A DNA stretch of 64,000 bases. It comes from Planctomycetota bacterium (GTDB lineage: Bacteria; Planctomycetota; UBA1135). Numbering within the stretch: position 1 is the first letter of the stretch; the number at the start of each line of letters is the position of its first letter. Positions 10,023 through 19,090 of this stretch are shown piece after piece. The translations under genes were made by a program, and so were the position numbers. Location: assembly GCA_045047305.1 (NCBI GenBank), contig JASFYO010000010.1:4680-68679 (forward strand), written 5' to 3'. Below the pieces are notes generated by a model. The model saw only the letters and a program-made list of their open reading frames with translations. It searched no databases and was not told where the DNA came from.

Positions 10023-10898
10023 CTAAGGGTTGGCCTTGCGAACTCTTGCCCAGAATGCGGCAACCAAAGCCCAGGCAGCGGCAGCACAAACTGCGGAAGG
10101 GCCATATGGCCAATCTAGCTCTAAAGACAAGGGCCAAGCTACCAGAACACAACCGATGCCGACACCCAAAACATGCAGTAGGAATTGGTTCATGTTGTGC
10201 GCAAGTGACCTTGCCGCCAACGGAGGTAAAAACAACAAACCAAAAACCAAAATTGGCCCCACGGTCATGACACCAGCTCCAATGGTGAAACCAATGAGTA
10301 GCAACTGCAAAATTTCAACCAACTTCACCGGCAAGCCTAAGGAGACCGCTTGGTCGTGATCAAAAGCGGAAACGATAAGGGCTTTACGGAATCCAATGAG
10401 GAAAATGAAACACAGCACACTGGCACTCGACAGCACCATCAGCCCGTGAATGTCTAAGAGTAAGACTTCTCCGCGCATCATCGTTTCAGCAAGGTTATTA
10501 CCTGCCGGCGCCGAGGTCAGAAACAAAATGGACAAGGCAGATGCGGTTGCAAAAGCACCGGCCAAAACTGCGCCGGAATCCCGCGGACCTTTTGCCATGG
10601 CACCAAATACGGCAAGGGCTAAACATGCCGAACCAGCCGCGAATGGCAATAGGTAAGACATGGGCGGATGTCCATGATCGAGGAAATAGGCGCTCATGGT
10701 GGGAAACCATGGCAACAACAGAAGACCCAGTGCAATCCCAGCTGCGGCGAACTGCGGTACCGCAATCCCTAAGAAAGCTTCGCGGCGCAAGAACATTAAG
10801 GCTCCAATGAGAGGCATGACAATGCCAACCACTAGGGAAGCCAGAAAACTCAAGCCAAACAGCTCACGGTAAAGGTCGAAATCTTGAATTAAGTCCAT
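10023..10898 (-). CDS. znuB: Zn/Mn ABC transporter permease (ZnuB/MntB family)
   Basis: LRREAFLGIAVPQFAAAGIA, AFDHDQAVSLGL, VGPILVFGLLFLPPLAA; operon context. Confidence 0.85.
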   Translation of the reverse strand: MDLIQDFDLYRELFGLSFLASLVVGIVMPLIGALMFLRREAFLGIAVPQFAAAGIALGLLLLPWFPTMSAYFLDHGHPPMSYLLPFAAGSACLALAVFGAMAKGPRDSGAVLAGAFATASALSILFLTSAPAGNNLAETMMRGEVLLLDIHGLMVLSSASVLCFIFLIGFRKALIVSAFDHDQAVSLGLPVKLVEILQLLLIGFTIGAGVMTVGPILVFGLLFLPPLAARSLAHNMNQFLLHVLGVGIGCVLVAWPLSLELDWPYGPSAVCAAAAWALVAAFWARVRKANP

Positions 10899-11569
10899 AA
10901 TTTCTCCAAGCCCTCGGCGCTACACATGATTTGCGGAGGAAGCTCTTCAAGCAAGCCGTTCTTCACCAGGATAGAACGATTCACGTGATTGCGTAAAGCC
11001 AAAGGTTGATGGCTCACTAGGACAATGGAAGTCCCCACCAGCATTTGTTGCTTCAACAATTCTAAAATGATCGAGGTTGCCCGTGCGTCGACTCCGGAAA
11101 CCGGTTCATCCAAAAGCAGGAAATTGGGCTTTAGCACGAGTGAACGAGCGAGCAGGACGCGCTGTTTCTGCCCCCCAGACAAGCGCCCAAAAGCTTGCTT
11201 CAGTCTGGCCTCCATAGAAACTAAGGCAAGAGCGTGATGTACGCGTTGTTTCCTTTCCTGCGAGTTCAAACGCACCCCTTTACCCCATAGGCCCATTTGG
11301 ACCACATCTGAAACGGATGCGGGGAAGCCTGCATCGAGTTGTAGTTGCTGCGGAACGTATCCGAGAATCAGGTCCGAGGAAGCCTCACGCCTTCCTTTGA
11401 GTGTTGGCAACACACCCAACAAACTGCGCACCAGGGTGCTTTTCCCAGCACCATTGGCTCCAGCCAACAACAGGAAATCCCCTTCCTCAATGCTCAGGTT
11501 TACATTTTCCAGTACCGCACTTCCTGTTTGATAGCCAAGGTTCGCATCGACTAACCGTAAACGGCTCAT
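10889..11569 (-). CDS. znuC: Zn/Mn ABC transporter ATP-binding protein
   Basis: GANGAGKS, GYVPQ, FPASVSDVVQMG, LSGGQKQR, LLLDEP. Confidence 0.9.
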   Translation of the reverse strand: MSRLRLVDANLGYQTGSAVLENVNLSIEEGDFLLLAGANGAGKSTLVRSLLGVLPTLKGRREASSDLILGYVPQQLQLDAGFPASVSDVVQMGLWGKGVRLNSQERKQRVHHALALVSMEARLKQAFGRLSGGQKQRVLLARSLVLKPNFLLLDEPVSGVDARATSIILELLKQQMLVGTSIVLVSHQPLALRNHVNRSILVKNGLLEELPPQIMCSAEGLEKLWT

Positions 11570-12513
11570 GAGGGTTTCTCCCCATTCTCCTGCGCTTCTG
11601 GCTTGGGCAAGCCATAAGCCTGGCGCATTTGCAAAATGAGAAATTCAATGTAATCCAAATACTCGACCTGGTCTTTGCGCAACCCACTTGTAGTAGCCAC
11701 CTTGACCACGTGCAGGTCATCCTGCATCAAGCTCCGTAAACGTTGCTCGTTGTACCACGGTTCCATGAGCAGCATGTTCACATGCTGTGCTTGAATCACC
11801 TTCTTCACATTCACTAAATGTTTGGCACTGGGCGATAAGCCGGGTTTCGGCTCAATCTCCGCCGCAACCTCTAAACCATAACGCTTGGTGAAATAGGACC
11901 AACTCCGATGGTAAGTCACCACAGCCTTCCCCTTTAGGGGGGCCATCCAACCTTGCCATTTCTTAATCCGAGCCTGCGCTTCGGTGTCCCAATCCAAGAA
12001 TCGTTGTTGGAATTCAGATTTCCACTGGGGCGCCAGAGCCACCAGTAAATCATATGCGGCGCGGGCCATAATGCGGCCATTCTCGGGATCCAAATTGTAG
12101 TGAGGATTTCCACGCGGATGCAAATCTGCGCCTTGGCCTCGACTCAAAGTCTCCGGGACTTCGAGCGGAGTAATGCGCGTCCCCACATTCATATAACCCA
12201 CTCCACCTGGGCGTATAGAATTCTTGCGCGTCTTCTCCAAAAGAGCAGGCAGAAAAGCGTGCTCGTAGTCTAAACCCATCAAAATGAGTCCATCGGCACG
12301 GCTTAACTTAAGCAGTAACGATGCTTTGGGAAGAATCGAGTGCGGATCGTTTCCTGGCGGGACCAACACTTGCACATGAACATGGTCGCCCCCGATGGTG
12401 GAAACCAGATTCCCTAAATCGGGAATCGTGGCGACGATTTCAAGACGATCCTGCGCGATGGCCGGAGCGCCACAGAAAAGCAAAAGGAATGTGGTGAGTA
12501 GAGCATTTTTCAT
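11566..12513 (-). CDS. znuA: Zn/Mn ABC substrate-binding protein (cluster A-I, ZnuA/TroA)
   Basis: Signal peptide; DPH, HPRGNPHYNLDP, TYHRSWSYF, EPKPG metal-binding motifs. Confidence 0.9.
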   Translation of the reverse strand: MKNALLTTFLLLFCGAPAIAQDRLEIVATIPDLGNLVSTIGGDHVHVQVLVPPGNDPHSILPKASLLLKLSRADGLILMGLDYEHAFLPALLEKTRKNSIRPGGVGYMNVGTRITPLEVPETLSRGQGADLHPRGNPHYNLDPENGRIMARAAYDLLVALAPQWKSEFQQRFLDWDTEAQARIKKWQGWMAPLKGKAVVTYHRSWSYFTKRYGLEVAAEIEPKPGLSPSAKHLVNVKKVIQAQHVNMLLMEPWYNEQRLRSLMQDDLHVVKVATTSGLRKDQVEYLDYIEFLILQMRQAYGLPKPEAQENGEKPS

Positions 12514-12515
12514 GA

Positions 12516-13799
12516 CTACCAGTCCAAAGGATGACTATGACTACCCAGAATGATGTCCCACTGCACTGCAAGAGACCATACTGCTGAGGATCCCACCGCC
12601 AGATCTTGTGTTACTTGCGTACGCAGGCGATTAAATTCACTGAAGTTATGGGTAACAAAGACACCGCGTTGCCCACCCGCTTGTGCCGAAGAAAACCAGT
12701 CGCTACCCACCGTATTGAGTGGATCCTGCCACCAGGCAGCTTCTACGCCTGCCCCCCAGTAAGGGTTAAACTCGTATTCGTAAAAGCCCCACAGGCCATT
12801 TGCATCACGGCTTACTTGATTCGAAGCTCCGTCGATGGTGTCGCGCTGGTTGCGCCATAACTCCACCGACCAGGTCGATGCTGAGTGGTCAGAGGCATCG
12901 ACGTCGCGCAAAGTAAGGTCGATAGCGAAGGTGGTTTGACCTAGGCCAAATTCTTGATCCACGATGCCATCGGAATTGGTGTCATTCTGATCCACAATCC
13001 CGCTACCAGTATGGAAAAAGCTCAAGCCATACTGGAAGAAACCATTGACGCCATAGTCTTGTTGCGCCGCCACGCGTCCGGTAAAGCCAAACTCCGAAAA
13101 GTCATGGTTGTCAATCACGCCTGAGCCAAAGCTGCTCCCTTGCGTATGCGGTCCTGGTCCAGTTTGAATCGGGTTACTCGCGCCAAAGGAAGATAATACG
13201 CCCAAAGACCAACGCACCGGGATATCACCCATCCCCGTCCATTGGTTCAATTCAATTCCAGTGCCATTGAGATTGCCACCAAAAAAAGCCGTACGCACAC
13301 CATCTTCAAACACAAAACTTTTATCGTGCAGATGGATGGTGTTCCATTTGCCAAAGTCAGCGAGCATTTTTCCAACACGGAGACTCATGTTGGCGGGGAG
13401 CTGATCCATGATTAAGGCAGCTTCTTCTACAGAAAAAATGTCATCTTCGTACGCGATGACGGCGTAAGCCCAACCAAGCGGATCAATCCGACTGGCGAGA
13501 TCAATTTCCACGCTGCGCATGTCAAAGCCGTCGACCCCGGCTCCACGTTCCTCGCTAAAGGTAGCTAGGCCATCGAAAATCAACCCCATTGCGGGATTAA
13601 AACTAGGGTCGAAGCGCGAGGTGAATCCGGAACCACCGCCGCCCATGGTCCCAGGGAAAGTGGTGTCGAGCATGCGACTGTTTAAGGTATCTTCGAGGTC
13701 ATCGCCCTCGGTTTGCGCAAAAGCGGATTGCACGCAGAAAATCGACAAAAGGAGGGTGGCGCAAATGCCACCAAAGGAATTAGGTAAGGTCAAATCCAT
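12516..13799 (-). CDS. Outer-membrane beta-barrel of the type associated with Zn ABC systems
   Basis: Signal peptide; FNPAMGLIFDG, VEEAAL, GKMLADFGKWNTIHLH; amphipathic beta strands; His-containing C-terminus GSHSHPLDW. Confidence 0.75.
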   Translation of the reverse strand: MDLTLPNSFGGICATLLLSIFCVQSAFAQTEGDDLEDTLNSRMLDTTFPGTMGGGGSGFTSRFDPSFNPAMGLIFDGLATFSEERGAGVDGFDMRSVEIDLASRIDPLGWAYAVIAYEDDIFSVEEAALIMDQLPANMSLRVGKMLADFGKWNTIHLHDKSFVFEDGVRTAFFGGNLNGTGIELNQWTGMGDIPVRWSLGVLSSFGASNPIQTGPGPHTQGSSFGSGVIDNHDFSEFGFTGRVAAQQDYGVNGFFQYGLSFFHTGSGIVDQNDTNSDGIVDQEFGLGQTTFAIDLTLRDVDASDHSASTWSVELWRNQRDTIDGASNQVSRDANGLWGFYEYEFNPYWGAGVEAAWWQDPLNTVGSDWFSSAQAGGQRGVFVTHNFSEFNRLRTQVTQDLAVGSSAVWSLAVQWDIILGSHSHPLDW

Positions 13800-13823
13800 G
13801 AGTAGGGAGTGGGTAAACGGAAG

Positions 13824-13848
13824 CTCAATCGACCCGAAGTCGATTGAG
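13824..13848 (-). promoter_or_regulatory. Strong hairpin between the leader ORF and the barrel gene (possible attenuator element)
   Basis: Perfect 10-bp inverted repeat CTCAATCGAC-TTCGG-GTCGATTGAG, 12 nt after the leader stop; no long U-tract. Confidence 0.6.
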
Positions 13849-13859
13849 GAATTAAATCG

Positions 13860-14126
13860 TTACCTTGACCGCGGTGGTGCTCGTCCGCAGTAGTTCTTCA
13901 CCACCGTAGACTCGGGCATCTGGGTCTGCATGATGCCCCTTACCTGGATGCGCCAGAAAAACATGAGTAAAATGACCCATCCACTGACACTCATTAAAAC
14001 CACCCCATTTCCGCAAAGCGCAAAGGGGCCACAGTCCTGGCCCGCTTGATGCAACGGAGCATGCATCAAGCCGGCAAGCAAAAGCAAGCCGAGCAGCAGC
14101 CAACCGAGGCGTTGCACCATGGACAT
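13860..14126 (-). CDS. Putative DUF2946/CruR-like metal-sensing leader peptide with a C-terminal RAPP arrest motif
   Basis: N-terminal signal/TM segment, HAPLH, CGPFALC, a second hydrophobic segment, ends CGRAPPRSR*; first ORF of the metal uptake operon. Confidence 0.72.
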   Translation of the reverse strand: MSMVQRLGWLLLGLLLLAGLMHAPLHQAGQDCGPFALCGNGVVLMSVSGWVILLMFFWRIQVRGIMQTQMPESTVVKNYCGRAPPRSR

Positions 14127-14166
14127 GTGTGTAGTGTAGTCGCCGATTCGTTAGATTGTCCAGTAC

Positions 14167-14976
14167 ATGTTGCGCATCCATACCCTCGCCAGCGGTTCCT
14201 CTGGGAATTGCGCCCTGATTGAGGCTGGGACTGGAGTCAACCGCGTGGTGCTGTGCTTGGATTCAGGAATCGCCCAACGTACGGCACGTGGATTCGCCGA
14301 GGCAGTCGGTCTGTCCATGACCTCGGTTGATGCCGTTTTGCTCACCCACCGGCATAGCGACCACTCGGCGAATATTGTGCCGACGGCCTCGCGCGCCCAA
14401 GCTCCACTCTATGCCCACTCGGAAAGCCTCGGCACCAATCAACGCACCAGCATGGCCGAGATTACTCGCCGCAATGTCGAGGTGCGGAACTTCGTGGATC
14501 GTGGTTTCTTTAAAATCGGGCCTTTAGTGGTGACCCCAATCCAACTCCCCCACGACGCCGACCCTACCTTTGGATTCGTGTTTGAAACCGCCACTTCCAA
14601 AGCTGGTTTCTTCACCGATCTTGGACGCCCGGAAATCCTCATGCAACCAGGCCTGCTCGACGGCATGGAAACCTTGATACTGGAATCGAATCACGACGTA
14701 GAGATGTTAGCCAAAGGCCCTTATCCCCGCGCATTGCGTCAACGGGTTGGTGGAGATCTAGGGCACCTTTCCAATGCGCAAACTTTTGAAATCTTGGCTT
14801 CATCCGCACCAAAGACTTTGCAGCGCCTGGTGTTGGCACATCTATCGTTAAAGAATAACACCCAGAAGATGGCCCTAGAGAATGCACACGCAGCCCTACT
14901 GCAGCGTGGACTCAAGGATGTTCAATTGCACGTTGCACCTGCGCGAGGCCCCTTAGCGCGTAAGCTGCCCATGTAA
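14167..14976 (+). CDS. MBL-fold metallo-hydrolase (YycJ/WalJ-like)
   Basis: LASGSSGN, THRHSDH, PHDA, TDLG, LESNHD, GHLSN, LAHLS. Confidence 0.9.
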   Translation: MLRIHTLASGSSGNCALIEAGTGVNRVVLCLDSGIAQRTARGFAEAVGLSMTSVDAVLLTHRHSDHSANIVPTASRAQAPLYAHSESLGTNQRTSMAEITRRNVEVRNFVDRGFFKIGPLVVTPIQLPHDADPTFGFVFETATSKAGFFTDLGRPEILMQPGLLDGMETLILESNHDVEMLAKGPYPRALRQRVGGDLGHLSNAQTFEILASSAPKTLQRLVLAHLSLKNNTQKMALENAHAALLQRGLKDVQLHVAPARGPLARKLPM

Positions 14977-15022
14977 TTCCAACAGCGGAGCGGCATTTAC
15001 CCGGCATTCTTAAGTCTCATGA

Positions 15023-15944
15023 ATGCGCAGTATTTATTTTCGCCTAGCTCCCCATTACGCCATTTTTCCAAACTTGGGGTGGCGGCATTCAGTACGCTAC
15101 TTTGCTATTGAAGAAGATGGGGTCCCGCTGGCAGGAGTTGCAAATCGTAATCACATTCAAAACCAGCGTGGCCCCATTAGCCCGATTACAGAACTTGGTA
15201 GCGGTGCATACTCTTTTGTACTAACCCCAGCAGGAACTGGGGAACACCCCTTGACGGTTCGTTTTGCAGAAGCAAGCTTCCACAGGACTCCGCTTGTCTT
15301 AGGTGCTGTACACCCGCATTGGGGCCAGCCTATGGCTGTTGAAGGGCTTGTGAATACAGCTGGCTATGAAGACGGGATCTCCGTTTCGGCGGACGGAGAA
15401 TTTTATTCGTTTGGTACGGCGCGTTTACTTTAGTGACATCGTTTTATTTGGACTGCCCAGGGCAGCCGGCGGATGTCGCGGCAACCGGCTCCTCCCTACC
15501 CGATGCTCCCATCCTTCGCTGGACCACGTCATTGGCCCCGTTGGGGAGCCAAGCCTCGCCAGGCGCAGTCATGGCCGTTATTTATACCTTGTGTATGCGA
15601 AAGTAAAAGACAACCATGATCCCAGTGGTATTCCGGACTTGGACTTCCAAGCGGGTTACGTCCTTGAGAGATTAACCCATAGCGGAGGAACTACCGAAGT
15701 ATCTCTTGTAAAGGCGTCCTCATGCATTTCCTCACGCCGCTACTTTTATTCATTCTTGCTGCGCCCAAGGCGACAGCACCGTGGTGGCATTCCACCTGCC
15801 TATCCAATTCGAACAAGCCTTAGAAACCGCGCACTCGGAGCATCGGTCCTACTCATCAAGGGTGCGGTCTTCGGCATCAATCAAGCCAGAGCCCAATGCG
15901 CTACCAAGGGACATTGGAGCCCCATTTGCAAAATGGCAAACTAA
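15023..15944 (+). pseudogene. Decayed gene remnant, possibly a TolB/PD40 propeller-containing secreted protein
   Basis: Protein-like segment WGQPMAVEGLVNTAGYEDGISVSADGEF continues only via frameshifts at T runs near 15400-15430, then degrades. Confidence 0.5.
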
Positions 15945-16396
15945 GTCTGGACGCAAAACCCAGCCTGCTCCAGTTTTTCTTTTAAAGAAATCATGAATGC
16001 CGTATGCCGCTGTGAATCGAACTGTTCTGCAGCATCCCAATCATGCAACCAAATGGGTTCCGTGCGCACCTCTTCGGCCTCAGTCGTATACCGCGGAAAC
16101 AAGTGCGCATGAAGTGCGGGTTCGATGTTACCAAGCATTTCATAATTGATGCGCAACGCCATAGTAAGCTCCAAAATGGCATCACCCACAGCTGTCATTT
16201 CGTAGAGGAAGCACTCACGCGCGTCTCGATCAAGTGCATTGAGGTGCGGCACCACTGGGTCTGGCAACAACAGGCAATAGCCCGGAACAATTTGAGGATC
16301 GCCAAGGATGACCCACCCAGACGATAACTTGCAAATCGCGCGCTCGAAAGCACCCACTTGGCACTCACGAACCTGCTGATGTATAGCAGTTGGCAT
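15941..16396 (-). CDS. HIT family protein
   Basis: GYCLLLPDPVVPHL, RINYEMLGN, ALHAHLFPRY (HIT motif variant). Confidence 0.82.
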   Translation of the reverse strand: MPTAIHQQVRECQVGAFERAICKLSSGWVILGDPQIVPGYCLLLPDPVVPHLNALDRDARECFLYEMTAVGDAILELTMALRINYEMLGNIEPALHAHLFPRYTTEAEEVRTEPIWLHDWDAAEQFDSQRHTAFMISLKEKLEQAGFCVQT

Positions 16397-16401
16397 AAAG
16401 C

Positions 16402-17103
16402 CTAGCTAAAAACGTTGTAACGCACGATGTGCCACAAAGCAGCCACACCATCTTTCCATCCGATCTTTTTACCCTCGGCATAATCACGCCCGTAGTAACT
16501 AATCGGTACCTCGTATATACGCACGCGTTTCCCATTCAAACGCTTACGGGCAATCTTTGCAGTAATTTCAGGCTCAAATCCAAAACGATTAGACTTGGTT
16601 TCAATGCCCTCCAAAACCTCTGCCTTGAACACTTTGTAACAAGTCTCCATGTCGGTGAGGTTCAAGTTAGTGAACATGTTCGACGCTAAAGTGAGAAAGT
16701 TGTTCGCCATTTGGTGCCAGAACAAGTGCACCCGCGACATGCGCGATCCTTTGAAACGGGAACCATAAACCACATCTGCCAAGCCTTTCTTAATCGGCTC
16801 CAGGAGAATTGAGTATTCACCGGGATCGTATTCCAGGTCGGCATCTTGCACCAGCACCACATCGCCGGTGACGTGCTTGAAGCCGGTACGCAGGGCTGCA
16901 CCTTTACCTTGGTTTACCGAGTGGTAATGAATGGAAAGATCTTCATCGCCCTCGAGGTCCTTCAAAATGGCGCGAGTGCCATCTTGGGAACAATCGTCGA
17001 CCAAAATGATTTCCTTTTCAAACGGGGTAGCACGCACCCGCTCGATGATATCGAGCAGCGTTTCTTCCTCGTTAAAGATGGGGATTACGACGGAGAGTTT
17101 CAC
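16402..17103 (-). CDS. Glycosyltransferase family 2 (polyprenol-phosphate mannosyltransferase-like)
   Basis: [49 protein letters not shown]. Confidence 0.93.
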   Translation of the reverse strand: MKLSVVIPIFNEEETLLDIIERVRATPFEKEIILVDDCSQDGTRAILKDLEGDEDLSIHYHSVNQGKGAALRTGFKHVTGDVVLVQDADLEYDPGEYSILLEPIKKGLADVVYGSRFKGSRMSRVHLFWHQMANNFLTLASNMFTNLNLTDMETCYKVFKAEVLEGIETKSNRFGFEPEITAKIARKRLNGKRVRIYEVPISYYGRDYAEGKKIGWKDGVAALWHIVRYNVFS

Positions 17104-17106
17104 GGT

Positions 17107-19032
17107 TTACTTCTGAGAGACACTGGCGCGGTACATCATGATGGCAACTCCTGTCATGGCAAAAGCTGTCAAAAATGGCGTAAATGCGCCTTCTAGGTCA
17201 GGTAAATCGACCTGGGCTGCCTTAGGGATGGCAATGAGAACGCCGGCAATTGCTTCACCAGCAATCAACCCGGAGGCTAAGAGTACCCCCTTCTCGTGCC
17301 CACGTCCGCGACTTTCCGGATTGGCATGCGCGCGACCGGAGAACCAGGCCAACAAGCCGCCGACAAGAATGGCCATACTGAGACCGAGCGGCAAGTACAT
17401 GCCGACCGCAACTGGCATCACGAAGAGGCGGAACTTCGACCGTTTGGGCATCAGGAACAACTGATCGATAACAATGATGATGAGGCCGGCTGTAGCGCCT
17501 GCAGCGATGATGCCCCATGGCAAATCGGCCTCACCAAAGAAGCCTTGCATAAGGGAGGCGAAAAGCTGCGCTTGCGGCGCTTCGAGTGCATGGCCTTGCA
17601 ATGCTGGCGGGAGGTGCACATCGGTGCCAATGCCGTAAGCGTTATGTAAGAGTCCAAGAACTGGTGCCATGACGAAGCTGGCAGTAATTACGCCAATAAC
17701 TTCCGCCCATTGTTGGCGATAAGGCGTGGCTCCAATGAGCTGACCAGTTTTCAGATCTTGGCAAACATCGCCAGAAGTGCAAGTTGCACAACACACCACA
17801 CCGGCCACAGCCATGGTGGCAAGAATCGCAGTCTCCCCGCTATAGCCGAAGAGGAAAATGACACCCGAAGTCAGGAGCACCGAACAAATGGTCATGCCGC
17901 TGACCGGGCTATTCGAACTGCCAACCAGCCCAACAATGTAACTAGCGACAGCGACAAAGAAGAAGCTACACACCACCATCAGTGGAGTCGCTAGCGCAGC
18001 CAGGCCCATGTGCCCGGTGACGCGGTAATAAAGGAATAGCACCACCATGCAGGTGGCGGCAATCAGGAACAGCAACCATTTGCGGCTCATATCCTGATCG
18101 GTGCGCGGCGGTGGCGCGGCATCTTCCATGGCCGCACGGTAACCACCAAAGGTTTCACGCACTCCCTGCGCAATGCCTTTACGGATTTGGATAATCGACC
18201 AAAGTCCGCCCACAATCATGGCGCCAACCCCAAGGAAGCGGACGTCGGCCTTGACCAAACCAAACAATTCGGGCGCATCGAGAGCCACTCCGTAATCGGA
18301 AGTCGCAGTTAAATAGGGTGCTGCAATCAACCAAGAAATCGCGCCACCGACAAAGACCAGCAACGAAATATTGAGGCCGACGATGTATCCCACCGCAATT
18401 AAGGCTGGCGACGCGGTGAAGCCTCCGAACACACGTGCGCCGAAAATAGTCCAAGCACCAGAAAGGTCAGCAGTCAATAAACGCAGACCGTTAGTCAGGA
18501 TTTGAATGAAGGTTCCGACACCCAGAGCGGCGAACACTATCTTCATGCCACTGCCACCCTCTTCACCCGCGCGCAACACTTTCGAACACGCGACACCTTC
18601 TGGGTAAATGAGATCTTTGTCCTCCACAATCATGGGACGGCGCAATGGGATCATAAACAGCACACCCAACATGCCGCCGGTCATCGAAATCAGGGTTGTG
18701 GTCCAGAAATCGAAGTCGCTCCACACCCCAGCAATCACCAAAGCCGGCATGGTAAAGATGATTCCCGCCGCTAAGGACTCCCCTGCCGAAGCGATGGTTT
18801 GCACGATGTTGTTCTCGTGAATCGTGCCACGCTTGAAGACTCCCTTGAGCAATCCCATGGAGATGACAGCGGCCGGAATCGAAGCGCTGACGGTCATGCC
18901 CGCGAACAGTCCAAGATACACATTCGCCAGCGACATACCGAGGCCGACCACAATGCCGAGGCCAATGGCTAGACCAGTGAATTCGGCCGTAGGGATCTTG
19001 TCGCGTTGATTTACGGGGTCCTCAGACTGCAT
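17107..19032 (-). CDS. OPT family oligopeptide transporter
   Basis: NVYLGLFAGMTVSASIPAAVISM, ENNIVQTIASAGES, YPEGVAC, SSNSPVSG, QDLKTG, ASGLIAGE. Confidence 0.95.
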   Translation of the reverse strand: MQSEDPVNQRDKIPTAEFTGLAIGLGIVVGLGMSLANVYLGLFAGMTVSASIPAAVISMGLLKGVFKRGTIHENNIVQTIASAGESLAAGIIFTMPALVIAGVWSDFDFWTTTLISMTGGMLGVLFMIPLRRPMIVEDKDLIYPEGVACSKVLRAGEEGGSGMKIVFAALGVGTFIQILTNGLRLLTADLSGAWTIFGARVFGGFTASPALIAVGYIVGLNISLLVFVGGAISWLIAAPYLTATSDYGVALDAPELFGLVKADVRFLGVGAMIVGGLWSIIQIRKGIAQGVRETFGGYRAAMEDAAPPPRTDQDMSRKWLLFLIAATCMVVLFLYYRVTGHMGLAALATPLMVVCSFFFVAVASYIVGLVGSSNSPVSGMTICSVLLTSGVIFLFGYSGETAILATMAVAGVVCCATCTSGDVCQDLKTGQLIGATPYRQQWAEVIGVITASFVMAPVLGLLHNAYGIGTDVHLPPALQGHALEAPQAQLFASLMQGFFGEADLPWGIIAAGATAGLIIIVIDQLFLMPKRSKFRLFVMPVAVGMYLPLGLSMAILVGGLLAWFSGRAHANPESRGRGHEKGVLLASGLIAGEAIAGVLIAIPKAAQVDLPDLEGAFTPFLTAFAMTGVAIMMYRASVSQK

Positions 19033-19090
19033 CTAGGGATTGTAGAGAATCGAGAGTTATGATGGAGGCCCAGAACCCTGGACCTTAGTC

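Noticed and set aside
14127..14166. Zur box upstream of the Zn operon
   Set aside because: No AT-rich palindrome in this 40-nt gap
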